Shown here: piece by piece, positions 46,317-57,701 of the stretch
Position numbering within the stretch: position 1 is the stretch's first letter
How the letters are laid out: every line of letters starts with the position of its first letter
DNA from: Clostridia bacterium
GTDB taxonomy: Bacteria > Bacillota > Clostridia > Oscillospirales > CAG-272
DNA: 62,290 nt
Reading direction: 5' to 3'
Assembly (NCBI GenBank): GCA_017456985.1
Contig: JAFTIH010000031.1
Coordinates: 130,421-192,710 of the forward strand
Notes under the pieces: model-generated
What the model saw: only the letters and a program-made list of their open reading frames with translations
Told to the model about the DNA's origin: nothing
Database searches by the model: none
Made by a program: the position numbers and the translations under genes

Positions 46317-46342
46317 CGTTAATTCCTTATCCTAAAATCAAA

Positions 46343-47260
46343 TTATTCGTCGCCCGCTTCAAAGAGCGCTTTCACGTACTCCTCGGGATCGAAGGGCTTC
46401 ATATCGTCGATCTGCTCACCCACACCGATAAACTTCACGGGAATCCCCAGCTCGCGCTTTACGGAAAGGATCATACCGCCCTTTGCCGTACCGTCGAGCT
46501 TGGTTAAGATGAGTCCCGTAATATCGGCGGCGTTCTTGAATTCCTTTGCCTGGCTGATGCCATTCTGACCCGTAGCCGCGTCCAGAACGAGAAGCGTTTC
46601 CACGTCTGCATCGGGCAGCTCGCGAGCGATAACGCGGCTCATTTTGGCAAGCTCATCCATCAGGTTTTTCTTGTTGTGCAGACGTCCTGCGGTATCCACG
46701 ATCAAAACGTCGCCGCCTCGGCTCTTGGTCGCACTGATCGCATCAAAAACGACCGATGCGGGATCGGCGCCCGCGCCCTGACGGATCAGATCCACTCCTG
46801 CGCGATCGCACCACACCGCAAGCTGATCAGCAGCCGCCGCACGGAAGGTATCCGCCGCCGCCACGACAACCTTTTTTCCTTGTCTTTTGAGTTCTGCCGA
46901 GATTTTTCCTATGGAAGTCGTCTTTCCGACCCCGTTAACGCCGATGACGAAAATAACGGAAGGCTTGGTATTTATCCGAAGAGCTTCGCGCTCGCCGACC
47001 GTATCCATCAGAATTTCAAAGAGTAAGGTCTTGATCTTCTCGGGGTCCTTCTCGCGCTCATCCTTGATGCGCTCGCGCAGAGCGTCAAGAATATATTCGG
47101 TCGTTTCCACTCCGACGTCGGCGGTGATAAGGAGCTCCTCAAGCTCCTCGAAAAGGTCCTCGTCAATGCGGACGAAGCTCCGCAAAATGCCGTCGATTTT
47201 TCCGAAGAAGGCGTTTTTGGTCTTCAAAAGACCCTGCTTTAATTTTTGAAAAAAACTCAT
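46343..47260 (-). CDS. ftsY: signal recognition particle-docking protein FtsY
   Basis: GVNGVGKTT, DTAGR and TKLDG GTPase motifs. Start overlaps the smc stop. Confidence 0.93.
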   Translation of the reverse strand: MSFFQKLKQGLLKTKNAFFGKIDGILRSFVRIDEDLFEELEELLITADVGVETTEYILDALRERIKDEREKDPEKIKTLLFEILMDTVGEREALRINTKPSVIFVIGVNGVGKTTSIGKISAELKRQGKKVVVAAADTFRAAAADQLAVWCDRAGVDLIRQGAGADPASVVFDAISATKSRGGDVLIVDTAGRLHNKKNLMDELAKMSRVIARELPDADVETLLVLDAATGQNGISQAKEFKNAADITGLILTKLDGTAKGGMILSVKRELGIPVKFIGVGEQIDDMKPFDPEEYVKALFEAGDE

Positions 47261-50200
47261 GTAAGGAGCTCCTTCTGTTTGCTTTCAATCTCGGACACGT
47301 CAAACGGAACGGCGCGGCTGATACCGCGCTCGGGCATCGTGATACCGTACAGACGGTCACCGATCTCCATCGTACCGCGACGGTGCGTGATCAGGATAAA
47401 CTGTGTATTTTCGGAATACTTGCGCACGTAAGCGCCAAAGCGTCCGACGTTGACCTCATCCAGCGCCGCCTCGATCTCATCGAAGATGCAGAAGGGCGAG
47501 GGTCTGGTCTTTAAGATCGCAAAGATCAGCGCGATCGCAACGATCGTCTGCTCGCCGCCCGACAGCAAGGAAAGGCTCTTGATGATCTTGCCGGGAGGCG
47601 CCGCCTTAATCTCGATGCCGCTGGTGAGAATATTCTCGGGATCGGTCAAAGAAAGCTCTGCCTGACCGCCGCCAAAGAGCTCGGAAAAGACGATGCCAAA
47701 GTTTTCGTTGATCTGATCGAAGGTCTGACGGAAGCTTTCCTCCATCTCGTCCTCAATGCGGGAAAGGATGCTCACGAGCTCTTCCTTGGATGCGGCGAGG
47801 TCCGCAAGCTGGGTTTGCAGCTCTGCGTGTCTTCCGCTTACCGCCTCATACTCCTCCACTGCGTTGGGATTGACGTTCCCAAGCTCGCGGATCTTCGATT
47901 TGCAAGAGGACTGCAACGCCGCCATCTCGGCACGGTTTTGTGCCGTTACGGGAGGATAGTCCAGTGCAACCGCCTCTTCATAGGAGATCTGATATTCATC
48001 CCAGAGCTTGTTTTCAAGGCGCTCGTTATCCTCGCGCAGCCTGACAAGGCGTCCCTCGCACCGTGCAGATTCTCCGTAAACGCGCTCGCGCTCGTCGTTT
48101 GCGGCGCGAAGCTTTTCGCGAAGCTCGTTTTCAAGCTTGGTATATTCGTCGCCCTCGCTCTCCTTGTCGGAGCGACCTGCCTCCAGCTCTGCAAGGCGCT
48201 TCTGCTCCTCGGCAAGCTCGGTGCGGTTTAAGTGCTTCTCTTCCTCGAGAGCCGCCATTCTTGCAGCATATTCCGCGATCTGGCGCTCCGTTGCCGCACG
48301 GCTCTCGTCGCGGGAGAGGAGCGTTTGACCAAGCGATTCGATCTGCGTGCGCTTTCCTTCCTTTTCCGAGGAAAGCACAGCAAGACGAAGCTTGCTTTCG
48401 TTGATTTCCGCACCCTTCGCTTCCCGCGCGTCAAGTGCCTCTTGGCGCTTGATCTCAAGCTCGCTTCTGAGCTCACGGCGTCTATCGATCTCTTTGACCG
48501 TTTCCTCCAAAGCCGCCTGCAGCGCACGGATATCGCTGTCGTACTTATCGCTGCCTGCGCGTAAGCGCTCGCGGTCCTCCTCGAGCTTGGAAAGAAGCTC
48601 AGCGTTTGCTTCCAGCTTCGCTTTTGCGCTGTCAAGCTCTGCAAACTGAGCGCGGGACATCGTATAAAGAAGATCGCGGTTCTGCTCGGCGTCACGGATC
48701 TTGTTGCGTGCCGCCTCCGCCTCGTCCTCTTGCGCGTGGATCGTCTTTTCGAGAGCCGCCACCCGTGCTTCCTTTTCCTTTTTTTGGGAAAGGAGCGCGT
48801 CGATCTCGGTATTTCTCGAAAGAATACCGCTGTCGCGGCGCACCGAACCGCCCGTAAAGGAACCACCCGCATTGATCAGCTGACCGTCAAGGGTGACGAT
48901 GCGGACGCGGTAATTTAGGCTTTTCGCCGCCGCAGTCGCGTTGTCAATGTTATCAAAGACCACCGTACGGAGCAAAAGTGACTCCATAATTTCCTTGTAG
49001 CGCGCATCAAAGCCGATCAAGCGATCCGCTCTGCCCACGTAGCCACGGAAGGACGCGGCACGGCGAATCTCATCCGTTTCACTCTGTGCGCGAATGGCGC
49101 TGATGGGATAAAAGGTCGCCCTACCTGCGTTATGCTGCTTTAAGACGGCAATGGCACTCTTCGCCGTTTCTTCATCTTCAACGACGATGTTCTGCAAGCT
49201 CTGCCCCAGTGCCGTTTCGATCGCCGTAATATATTTTTCTTCTACGGAGATCAGCTTGGACACAGGACCGTAGATCGCACCGCGGAAGCGGGAGGCGTCC
49301 TTCGTATATTCCTGCATCACGAAGCGCACGCTCTGTACGTAACCGTCGAAATGCTCCTCCATACGGCGAAGCGAATCGATTCTCTGCGCAAGACCGCTGA
49401 CGGCACCCTGTACCTCGTTGTGTTTTCTTTGTGCGTCTTCCTTTTTAAGAAGCGCGCCTTCAAGCACCTCGGTCTGCTCCTTGATGATTGCCTCAGCACG
49501 GTCAATGCGCTCACGGAAGCCTGCGGTGTTTTTCTCGCACCGCGCAACTTCGGCGGAAAGTTCCGCTTCTGCCTTGCGATATTTGTCGATTTCCTCGGAA
49601 ATAGACGCACTCTTATCGCTATCGTCTGCCTTGGCGCGCTCACTTACGTCCAGACGCACGCGCAGATCCATCGCCTTGGCGTTCAACTCCTCAATTGCGG
49701 CAAGCTCCTCTGCAAGAGATGCTTCCAGCGCCTGTGCGGCACGCGAAAGCTCGTCAAACGCAAGCAAAAGCGCAAGCCGTGCATCGTCCTCCTCGCGCTC
49801 CTTCTCCTCTATGTTGGCAATCTCGGTAAGAAGCTCTTTCTTTTGCGCCTCGATGCGCTCACCTTCGTCGTCGTAGCCCGAAAGGCGCTCACGGCACTGC
49901 GCCGTCAGCTCACCTAAGTTCTTGATGCTTCCGATTGCAAGCGCATACGCGTTTTCAAGCACGCCGATGCGCTTGGTCGTTTCGCTGATCTGCGTCATCA
50001 GCTGCTCGGAGGCAAGGCGGCTGCCCGTCAGGCGGTCGTGCACGAGATCGCTCTGCTTTTCGAGGCTCTCAATGCGCTCCATAAGGCGCTCGTATTCTGC
50101 CTTGGCAAGACGATACGCTTCATCCGCCTTTTGTAGATCGCTCTTGAGCTTGACGGTATCAAAAAGCCAAAGAGAAACGTCCGCACGCTTCTTATCTTCG

Positions 50201-50862
50201 AGTAAAACGCGGTATTTTCTCGCCTTTTCCGCATCTCTCGCAAGAGGACCGATGCGGGCATCCAGCTCGTTAAAGATGAGCGTCAGGCTCTCAACGTTCT
50301 GCGCAACGGCGGAAAGCTTCTTTTCGGTTTCCTCCTTGCGCTGACGGAATTTGGAGATACCTGCCGCCTCCTCGAAGATGTTGCGGCGGTCCTCGCTCTT
50401 TTTGGAAAGGATCTCTGCGATCTTACCCTGTCCGATAATGGAATAGCCCTCGCGTCCGACACCCGTGTTCATAAATAGCTCGTGAATGTCGCGCAAGCGG
50501 CAATTCTTGCGGTTGATCATATATTCACTCTCACCCGAGCGATAGTAGCGGCGGGTAACGGTGATCTCATCATAGGGGGAATCCATACGGTGCTCAGGCG
50601 AGCTGTTATCGAAGGTAACGGAAACCTCCGCAAAGCTCATCGGACGGCGCATATCCGTACCGCCGAAGATCACGTCCTCCATCTTCGTGCCGCGAATATT
50701 TCGGCTGGAAAGCTCACCGAGCACCCAACGCATCGCGTCGGAAATATTGGATTTTCCGCTACCGTTCGGACCCACGACGACGGTCGTTCCCTTCTCGAAG
50801 CTCAGAACCGTCTTGTTGGGGAATGATTTAAACCCGTGTAGCTCAAGAGATTTTAAGTACAT
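47257..50862 (-). CDS. smc: chromosome segregation protein SMC
   Basis: 1201 aa. Walker A GPNGSGKSN, long coiled coils with hinge, LSGGE signature, Walker B FCIFDE. Confidence 0.95.
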   Translation of the reverse strand: MYLKSLELHGFKSFPNKTVLSFEKGTTVVVGPNGSGKSNISDAMRWVLGELSSRNIRGTKMEDVIFGGTDMRRPMSFAEVSVTFDNSSPEHRMDSPYDEITVTRRYYRSGESEYMINRKNCRLRDIHELFMNTGVGREGYSIIGQGKIAEILSKKSEDRRNIFEEAAGISKFRQRKEETEKKLSAVAQNVESLTLIFNELDARIGPLARDAEKARKYRVLLEDKKRADVSLWLFDTVKLKSDLQKADEAYRLAKAEYERLMERIESLEKQSDLVHDRLTGSRLASEQLMTQISETTKRIGVLENAYALAIGSIKNLGELTAQCRERLSGYDDEGERIEAQKKELLTEIANIEEKEREEDDARLALLLAFDELSRAAQALEASLAEELAAIEELNAKAMDLRVRLDVSERAKADDSDKSASISEEIDKYRKAEAELSAEVARCEKNTAGFRERIDRAEAIIKEQTEVLEGALLKKEDAQRKHNEVQGAVSGLAQRIDSLRRMEEHFDGYVQSVRFVMQEYTKDASRFRGAIYGPVSKLISVEEKYITAIETALGQSLQNIVVEDEETAKSAIAVLKQHNAGRATFYPISAIRAQSETDEIRRAASFRGYVGRADRLIGFDARYKEIMESLLLRTVVFDNIDNATAAAKSLNYRVRIVTLDGQLINAGGSFTGGSVRRDSGILSRNTEIDALLSQKKEKEARVAALEKTIHAQEDEAEAARNKIRDAEQNRDLLYTMSRAQFAELDSAKAKLEANAELLSKLEEDRERLRAGSDKYDSDIRALQAALEETVKEIDRRRELRSELEIKRQEALDAREAKGAEINESKLRLAVLSSEKEGKRTQIESLGQTLLSRDESRAATERQIAEYAARMAALEEEKHLNRTELAEEQKRLAELEAGRSDKESEGDEYTKLENELREKLRAANDERERVYGESARCEGRLVRLREDNERLENKLWDEYQISYEEAVALDYPPVTAQNRAEMAALQSSCKSKIRELGNVNPNAVEEYEAVSGRHAELQTQLADLAASKEELVSILSRIEDEMEESFRQTFDQINENFGIVFSELFGGGQAELSLTDPENILTSGIEIKAAPPGKIIKSLSLLSGGEQTIVAIALIFAILKTRPSPFCIFDEIEAALDEVNVGRFGAYVRKYSENTQFILITHRRGTMEIGDRLYGITMPERGISRAVPFDVSEIESKQKELLT

Positions 50863-50880
50863 TTGTTCTATCCTTTTCTA

Positions 50881-51603
50881 TCAGTCTTGGTCGGGGGTCA
50901 GGACACCGAACAAAATCAGTGCCTCTCTCGCTGCCGCTTGCTCTGCCTTGCGCTTGGAGCCCGCACTGCCGCGCCCGATGACGTTGCTGTTGAGCATCGC
51001 GCAGACCTCAAAGGTCTTGTCGTTATCGGGACCGCTTTCTGCGACCACGACGTAGCAAAGCTGCTCTCGCCCGTCCTGTTGAACGAGCTGTTGCAATCTC
51101 GTTTTATAATCGCCGCCGCGGCTTCGTTCGCAATCGGCAAGCTCATCCTGCATCAGTCCGATCAAAAACACACGGAGAAATTCCACGCTCCCACCGTCGT
51201 CGAGATAGATGGCGGCAAGAAGTGCCTCGAAGGCGTCCGCAAGGATGGAGGCGTGGTGCCTTCCTCCGTTTTGCTCCTCACCCTTACCTAAGAGCAAGAA
51301 CTCGCCGAGTGATATCTTTTTGGCAAGCCGTGCCAGCGTTTCCTCGCAAACGAGATGCTGACGAAGCTTGGTCAAGCTTCCCTCCGCGCTCGTGGGAAAA
51401 CGAGAAAAAAGATAATCACTGACAACGATCTGCAAAACGGCATCCCCTAAAAACTCCAAGCGCTCGTTACAAGCAACGGGGGTATCCTTTCGACACTCGT
51501 TGGTATAGGAAGAATGGGTTAAAGCCGTTTCCAAAAGCGAAGGATCGCGAAAACGATACCCCGTTTTTGAAGAAAGCTCTGCAGGATTTCTGCCTTGTGC
51601 CAT
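50881..51603 (-). CDS. rnc: ribonuclease III
   Basis: ERLEFLGDAVL signature plus C-terminal dsRBD. Confidence 0.93.
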   Translation of the reverse strand: MAQGRNPAELSSKTGYRFRDPSLLETALTHSSYTNECRKDTPVACNERLEFLGDAVLQIVVSDYLFSRFPTSAEGSLTKLRQHLVCEETLARLAKKISLGEFLLLGKGEEQNGGRHHASILADAFEALLAAIYLDDGGSVEFLRVFLIGLMQDELADCERSRGGDYKTRLQQLVQQDGREQLCYVVVAESGPDNDKTFEVCAMLNSNVIGRGSAGSKRKAEQAAAREALILFGVLTPDQD

Positions 51604-51626
51604 AGTATGTGTCCTCTTTTTACCGA

Positions 51627-52637
51627 TTATTTTCCGAATTTGGAACGACAGGATTCGATCAACTGCTCGATCTCTCCGTTAATATTGCTTTCCACGAAGC
51701 ACGATGCCTGATAGATCGCATTTTTGATTGCCTTGGCGTCCGAGCTTCCGTGTGCCTTGATCACAGGCTTCCGCACGCCGAGAATGGGCGCACCGCCGTG
51801 CTCGGAGGAATCAAAGCGAAGCTTTAAGTCGTCAATTTTTGTTTTCATTAACCCCGCCGTGAATTTGGTCAGAGCATTGGTGTAAAAGAGATCCTTCATC
51901 GTGTGAAGCATCATTTTACCCATTCCCTCGGCGAGCTTTAAGATCATATTACCCGTAAAGCCATCCGTGACCAGAACGTCGCACGCATCAAAGGGAATGT
52001 CCTTTCCCTCGATATTGCCGACGAAGTTGATCTTTTCGTTTGCCGAGAGCCGTTCAAATGCGGCGATCTGAAGGGGGAGTCCCTTGGTTGCCTCGGTACC
52101 GTTATTCGCTTGACCGACGCGCGGGCTTTCCACACCGTAGATCTTATTCATATATACGGTCCCCATCAGGGCAAATTCCTCAAGGTTTTGCTCGCTTACG
52201 GTGATATTCGCACCCGAATCAAGCAAAAGCACGGGGTTAGCAAGGGGCAGGATCGCGCCGATAGCGGGCCGTCCCACGCCCTTGAGTCGGCGAACGATCA
52301 GCATGGCGCCCGCAAGCAAGGCACCCGTATTGCCTGCACTGACGAAGGCATCGCCCTCGTTTTGCGAAAGCATTTTAAGTCCGATTCCCATAGAGGAATC
52401 CTTTTTCTCGTGGATCACGGAAAGAGGGGGATCCTCCATCGAGACCGTATATTTTGATGGAATGATTTCAAATTCTGAAAGCGATAGGTTGTTTCCATCG
52501 GCAACCTTTTTTAAAAGCGCCTCGTCACCAACGAGAACGATTTCATTTTCGGGCTGCTCCCGCTTTGCCATAATAGCACCGCGTAAAATTTCAAGAGGGG
52601 CGTTGTCGCCGCTCATAGCGTCCAAAATGATCTTCAA
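51627..52637 (-). CDS. plsX: phosphate acyltransferase PlsX
   Basis: ORF 51627..52655. (M)KIILDAMSGDNAP N-terminus from TTG 52637 after AAAGGAG. ATG 52655 is the alternative. Confidence 0.9.
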   Translation of the reverse strand: MKIILDAMSGDNAPLEILRGAIMAKREQPENEIVLVGDEALLKKVADGNNLSLSEFEIIPSKYTVSMEDPPLSVIHEKKDSSMGIGLKMLSQNEGDAFVSAGNTGALLAGAMLIVRRLKGVGRPAIGAILPLANPVLLLDSGANITVSEQNLEEFALMGTVYMNKIYGVESPRVGQANNGTEATKGLPLQIAAFERLSANEKINFVGNIEGKDIPFDACDVLVTDGFTGNMILKLAEGMGKMMLHTMKDLFYTNALTKFTAGLMKTKIDDLKLRFDSSEHGGAPILGVRKPVIKAHGSSDAKAIKNAIYQASCFVESNINGEIEQLIESCRSKFGK

Positions 52638-52651
52638 ATGCGCTTCTCCTT

Positions 52652-54004
52652 TCAAATATCTTGCTTTTTCTCAAAAATAATTTCAGCAAAGCTCTCCGCC
52701 GCCGCCAAGGCACGCGCCGCATAGGCGTCGTTTCTTGCCGCCTTTCCACCCTTGACCTTTTTTTCAAGCGGTGGGATGATGCCGAAATTGGCATTCATCG
52801 GTTGAAACGCAGTCGCAGTACCGTGACTGACGTAATGCGCCATTGCACCGAGCATCGTTTCGTGAGGAAAAGATAACTTCTCTTCACCCAGCGCTCGACG
52901 CGCGGCACAAACCCCTGCAACAAGACCAGAGCCCGCAGACTCCACGTATCCTTCTACGCCCGTCATTTGTCCTGCAAAAAACACGTTTTCGTTTTCTGCC
53001 AAAGAATAACTTTCGGTTAAAAGCCCAGGTGAAGACAAATACGTATTGCGGTGCATCACACCGTAGCGCAGAAATTCTGCCTCTGCCAGTCCCGGAATCA
53101 TTCTGAAAACGCGTCTTTGCTCGGGAAAGGTCAGGTGCGTTTGGAACCCAACGAGGTTATACATCGTGCGCTCGGCATTTTCGGCGCGCAGCTGCACGAC
53201 CGCATAGGGCTCCTTCCCCGTCTTGGGGTCGGGCAAGCCAACGGGCTTCAAGGGACCGAAAAGAAGCGTGTCGTAGCCACGGCGCGCCATCACCTCGACG
53301 GGCATACATCCCTCAAAAACGCGAGGCTCCTTGCCACCCTGATCGGTATCAAACTCGTGAAGCTTTGCTTCCTCTGCGTGGATCAGTGCATCATAGAAGG
53401 CGTCATACTGCTCCTTGGTCATCGGACAGTTAACGTAATCCTCCCCCTCGCCCTTACCGTATCGGGAAGCGTAATATGCAACTTCAAAATCAATTCCGGA
53501 CGCATCGACGATGGGCGCCGCCGCGTCGTAAAAATACAGCGTTTCTTTGCCTATGGTGCGTAAAATAGCCTCCGCAAGAGCGTCCGAGGTCAAAGGACCG
53601 CTTGCGACGACGGTAACACCGTCCGTCGGGATCTCCGTGATCTCCACTCCCTCGTGCAAGGTGATCAGAGGATGCCTTTTGATCTTGTCCGTGACGTAGT
53701 CAGAGAAGCGCTTGCGGTCCACGGCAAGTGCCGTTCCCGCAGGTACAGCCGTTGCCCTTGCCGCTTCCATAATAAGCGAGCCAAAGCGGACAAGCTCTTC
53801 CTTTAAAAGCCCTACGGCGTTATAGACCTGCATCGAGCGCAAGGAATTGGAGCAAACAAGCTCCGCAAGACCGTCGTAACGGTGGGCAGGTGTCTTCTTA
53901 TTCGGCTTCATCTCGTAAAGCTCCACCGACACGCCAAGACGTGCGGCGGCATACGCCGCCTCACAGCCCGCAAGTCCCGCACCGATCACCTTAATTGTCG
54001 GCAT
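52652..54004 (-). CDS. trmFO: methylenetetrahydrofolate--tRNA-(uracil-5-)-methyltransferase TrmFO
   Basis: ORF 52652..54049. [14 protein letters not shown] motif. ATG 54004 (MPTIKVIG). Confidence 0.9.
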   Translation of the reverse strand: MPTIKVIGAGLAGCEAAYAAARLGVSVELYEMKPNKKTPAHRYDGLAELVCSNSLRSMQVYNAVGLLKEELVRFGSLIMEAARATAVPAGTALAVDRKRFSDYVTDKIKRHPLITLHEGVEITEIPTDGVTVVASGPLTSDALAEAILRTIGKETLYFYDAAAPIVDASGIDFEVAYYASRYGKGEGEDYVNCPMTKEQYDAFYDALIHAEEAKLHEFDTDQGGKEPRVFEGCMPVEVMARRGYDTLLFGPLKPVGLPDPKTGKEPYAVVQLRAENAERTMYNLVGFQTHLTFPEQRRVFRMIPGLAEAEFLRYGVMHRNTYLSSPGLLTESYSLAENENVFFAGQMTGVEGYVESAGSGLVAGVCAARRALGEEKLSFPHETMLGAMAHYVSHGTATAFQPMNANFGIIPPLEKKVKGGKAARNDAYAARALAAAESFAEIIFEKKQDI

Positions 54005-56300
54005 CGTTTCTTCCGTCCTCATCTTGTGTATATTCGATCTTATATCCACAATCCTTATTGCGGCAGATCAAAAGCTTTTTGCTCTTTCTTTGTAAGAGCA
54101 TCTGTCCGCAATCGGGACAGGTCTGCTCGGTGGGCATATCCCAAACGGAGAATTTACACTCGGGATAGCGCTCACAGCTGTAAAAGAGGCTCTTGCCGTG
54201 CGTTCTGCGCACGAGGATCTGCGCACCGCAATCGGGACAAAGCGCCTTAATGGGGTTGGTCTTGGGCTTGGTAAAGCGACAAGCCGGATAGCGGGAGCAG
54301 GCATAGAATTGACCGTGCTTTCCGTTTCTTAACACCGCATCGGCGCCGCAAAGCTCGCACTTGAAGCCCGCAAGCTCCTCCGTTTTTTCTTTCTTCTCAA
54401 TGGGCGCACCGTTTTTATCGATTGCCTTGGTATTCTTACACTCGGGATACGCCGAGCAAGCAAGAAATCTGCCGTACCTGCCGTTTTTATAGACCATCGG
54501 CTTGCCGCAGATCTCACAAGTATAATCCGAAACGTCGTCGGGAACCTCGACCGTTTCCTTGCCGAGCTTATCCTGTGCCGTTACCAGCGCTCTCTCAAAG
54601 GGTGCGTAGAAGCTCGTCAGCACGTCGTCGAGCCTTGCGCTTCCCTGCTCGATCTCATCTAAGCTGCTTTCCATTCCCGCCGTAAACTCGTAATCCACGA
54701 TATCGGGGAAATTTTCCTTCATCAGCTTGTTCGTGATCTCGCCGAGCGGCGTGGGAACCAACGACTTACCGTCGCGCTTGACGTAATTTCGCTTCAAGAT
54801 CGTCGTGATGATCGTCGTATAGGTGCTGGGACGTCCGATTCCATTTTCCTCTAAGAACTTAACGAGCGAGCCCTCGGTGTAGCGCAAGGGCGCCTCGGTA
54901 AAGTGCTGTGCTGCATTGACGGAGCCCGTTTGGAACGTTTCTCCCTCGGCAACGCTGGGAAGGTGAGAAAGCACAGCCTCCTCGTCCTTATCCTCCTGCT
55001 CCTCGTAATAAACGGCGGTATAACCGCGGAATTTGAGCAGGTTTCCGCTCGCCTTAAAGAGATAGCCACCGTTTTCAAAATCGATAGACAGCGAGTCATA
55101 AACCGCAGGCGCCATCTGGCTGGCAATAAAGCGCTCCCAGATAAGCTTATAAAGGCGGTACTGCTTGGGGGTCAGATGGCTTCTGATCTTGGAAGGAACA
55201 AACGCAACGTTTGCAGGGCGGATCGCCTCGTGCGCGTCCTGAATTGCTTTCTTGCTCTTATATACGTTGGGGGTCGTGGGAACGAACTCCGCACCGTACA
55301 TTGCGCCGATCAGCTCGCGTGCCGCAGTCGTTGCCGTTTCGGATACGCGCAGCGAGTCGGTACGCATATAAGTGATAAGACCCTGCGTGCCCCCAAATTC
55401 GGAGCCGAGGTTGATACCCTCGTAAAGCTCTTGTGCAACCTTCATCGTATCCTGCGAACGGAAATTGAGCTTATGATAAGCCTCTTGCTGAAGGGTCGAG
55501 GTGGTAAAGGGAGCGGCGGGCTGTCTGAGCTTTTGCGTACGACGCACCGTCTTAGCAACGAACGTGCCACTCTCCACAGCCGACTTTACAGCAAGCGCCT
55601 GTGCTTCGCTTTCGAGGCGGATCTTTCCGCTCTCATCGCCAAAGAACTTCGCCTCCAGCGTTTCTCCGCTCTGTTGTACGAGCAGCGCGCTGATGGTCCA
55701 ATACTCTTGCGGAACAAAGTTGCGGATCTCCTCTTCGCGGTCGGTAATAATTCTGGTGGCAACCGACTGCACGCGCCCTGCGGAAAGACCGCTACGGACC
55801 GAGCGCCAAAGCAGAGGGCTCAGCTTATAGCCCATAATACGGTCTAAAATGCGGCGTGCTTGCTGGGCATCCACAAGATTTTCATCAATTGCACGCGGGC
55901 TCTTGACCGCCGCCTTGATGGTAGCCTTGGTGACCTCGTTGAAGGTCACACGGCACGCACTGCTCTTATCAATACCAAGCACCTCGGCAATATGCCAAGC
56001 GATCGCCTCACCCTCACGGTCCGAGTCCGTCGCGATGAGCACGCGCGACGCCGCCTTTGCCTGCTTCTTCAAGCGCTTGATCAGATCACCCTTGTTGCGG
56101 ATGTTGATATAGTGCGGCGCAAAGCCGTTCTCAATATCCACGCCGAGCGTGCTTTTAGGCAGGTCGCGGATGTGTCCCTCGGATGCCTCGAGCTGGTAAT
56201 TCGCGCCAAGGTACCCCTTAATGCTTCCCGCCTTGGTAGGCGACTCAACGATTACAAGGATGGGTTTCTTCTTCGTTTCCGTAGTTTTTGCAGTAGCCAT
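53991..56300 (-). CDS. topA: DNA topoisomerase I
   Basis: ORF 53991..56309. Toprim [10 protein letters not shown], catalytic Tyr region, four C-terminal CxxC zinc ribbons. ATG 56300 preferred, GTG 56309 is the alternative. Confidence 0.93.
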   Translation of the reverse strand: MATAKTTETKKKPILVIVESPTKAGSIKGYLGANYQLEASEGHIRDLPKSTLGVDIENGFAPHYINIRNKGDLIKRLKKQAKAASRVLIATDSDREGEAIAWHIAEVLGIDKSSACRVTFNEVTKATIKAAVKSPRAIDENLVDAQQARRILDRIMGYKLSPLLWRSVRSGLSAGRVQSVATRIITDREEEIRNFVPQEYWTISALLVQQSGETLEAKFFGDESGKIRLESEAQALAVKSAVESGTFVAKTVRRTQKLRQPAAPFTTSTLQQEAYHKLNFRSQDTMKVAQELYEGINLGSEFGGTQGLITYMRTDSLRVSETATTAARELIGAMYGAEFVPTTPNVYKSKKAIQDAHEAIRPANVAFVPSKIRSHLTPKQYRLYKLIWERFIASQMAPAVYDSLSIDFENGGYLFKASGNLLKFRGYTAVYYEEQEDKDEEAVLSHLPSVAEGETFQTGSVNAAQHFTEAPLRYTEGSLVKFLEENGIGRPSTYTTIITTILKRNYVKRDGKSLVPTPLGEITNKLMKENFPDIVDYEFTAGMESSLDEIEQGSARLDDVLTSFYAPFERALVTAQDKLGKETVEVPDDVSDYTCEICGKPMVYKNGRYGRFLACSAYPECKNTKAIDKNGAPIEKKEKTEELAGFKCELCGADAVLRNGKHGQFYACSRYPACRFTKPKTNPIKALCPDCGAQILVRRTHGKSLFYSCERYPECKFSVWDMPTEQTCPDCGQMLLQRKSKKLLICRNKDCGYKIEYTQDEDGRNDADN

Positions 56301-56339
56301 ATATCTCACACCGATGCCCTTGCGGGCAACGTCCTTTCA

Positions 56340-57683
56340 TCAAAGTTCACTTTTCAAATAGCGTCCGCCGGGTAAGAGCGTCGCCGCACCTGAGATCTCC
56401 ATTGAGATCAGCTCCGAAACCACCTCACCGACCGAAAGCCCCGTTACCGTGATCTCGTCGGGGTGCAAAGCCGTTTCGTAGTTTAATTTTTCATAAACGC
56501 GATACGTTTTGGGGGACAAGGATCGTTTTCTCTCCTCATCCAAGCGTTCACGCCGATCGGCGTCTTTCTGCCGAGCATTTTCTTCTTGTTTTTGCTTTAT
56601 TTTCTCGACATCTTCTTTCTTTTCTCCCCCTACAAGGGAACGGATCTTTCCGAAGACGCCCTCTTTTTTCGCTCCTTTTCTTTGATTGAGGAGCTTTTTC
56701 TCCTTCTTCTTTGCATCCCCCTTGGCGATCGCATAGCGACGGATCACGTCATCCACGCTGATCTCGGCGCGGGGTAGCAAATTAAAGGGATTGATGGTTG
56801 AAAAATACTCTTCCTTATACGTGTCGTAAATATCGTCCGCACAGGTCAAAAGCTTCCCTTCTCCCTTCAAGAGAAGATGAGGCGCCTCGCTGTTCAGGTC
56901 ACCGATCTTGCCGGGAACGGCAAACACGCCCTTGCCCTGACGCTTCGCATAACGCGCCGTGATCAAAGCACCGCTCGAAGCATCGCCTTCAACGAGGATG
57001 ATCGCTTTGGCAATACCGCTGATCACGCGGTTGCGCAAGGGAAAATGAAATCCGTCAGCACCCTCATAGGGTGCGAACTCCGTGATTACGGCACCGCCCT
57101 TTTCAAGGATCGCCTTGTAAAGCGTTTTGTGCGCGGCAGGATAAATGCGGTCAATACCGCTACCAAGTACGGCAACCGTAGGCGCTCCCGCTTCCAGCGT
57201 AGCCGCCGCGGCAACACCGTCGATGCCAAGTGCCATTCCGCTGACCGTGATGCACCCCATACGACCCAGGTCATAAGCGATCTCACAAGCCGCATCCGCA
57301 CCGTAATAGCTCATCGCCCGCGCACCGACCACGCCGATACAGGGCAACCGATTCCAATCGGGCAGCCGTCCGCGACAGTACAAAAGCACGGGCGGATTTT
57401 TGATCTCACGCAAGGCGGCGGGGTAGTCTTCATCCGTCAGCTTCAAAAGACGGATCCCGCCGTGCAAGCAATATCCTGCGATCTCCTCGGCGCGCTCAAG
57501 GTCCTTGTTCGCCAGATTTCTGCGCTCTGCGGCGCAAAGCTCGGAAATCTCCGCGTAGTCCTCCTCGGATGCCTCGTAGATGCTCAAAGCATCCCCAAAG
57601 CGATCAAAAAGCGGCTTGACTGCGGCAGAAGCGTATCCAAGCGCGCAAGAAAGCCATATGAAATAAAGCGATTCCGACGCCAT
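56340..57683 (-). CDS. dprA: DNA-processing protein DprA (with internal Lys/Glu-rich insertion)
   Basis: DprA Rossmann core (VVGARAMSYYG...SGMALGIDG...FPLRNR) and C-terminal winged-helix-like tail. SD GGGAGGGG. Confidence 0.9.
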   Translation of the reverse strand: MASESLYFIWLSCALGYASAAVKPLFDRFGDALSIYEASEEDYAEISELCAAERRNLANKDLERAEEIAGYCLHGGIRLLKLTDEDYPAALREIKNPPVLLYCRGRLPDWNRLPCIGVVGARAMSYYGADAACEIAYDLGRMGCITVSGMALGIDGVAAAATLEAGAPTVAVLGSGIDRIYPAAHKTLYKAILEKGGAVITEFAPYEGADGFHFPLRNRVISGIAKAIILVEGDASSGALITARYAKRQGKGVFAVPGKIGDLNSEAPHLLLKGEGKLLTCADDIYDTYKEEYFSTINPFNLLPRAEISVDDVIRRYAIAKGDAKKKEKKLLNQRKGAKKEGVFGKIRSLVGGEKKEDVEKIKQKQEENARQKDADRRERLDEERKRSLSPKTYRVYEKLNYETALHPDEITVTGLSVGEVVSELISMEISGAATLLPGGRYLKSEL

Positions 57684-57701
57684 GAGAGCCCCTCCCTTTT
57701 T

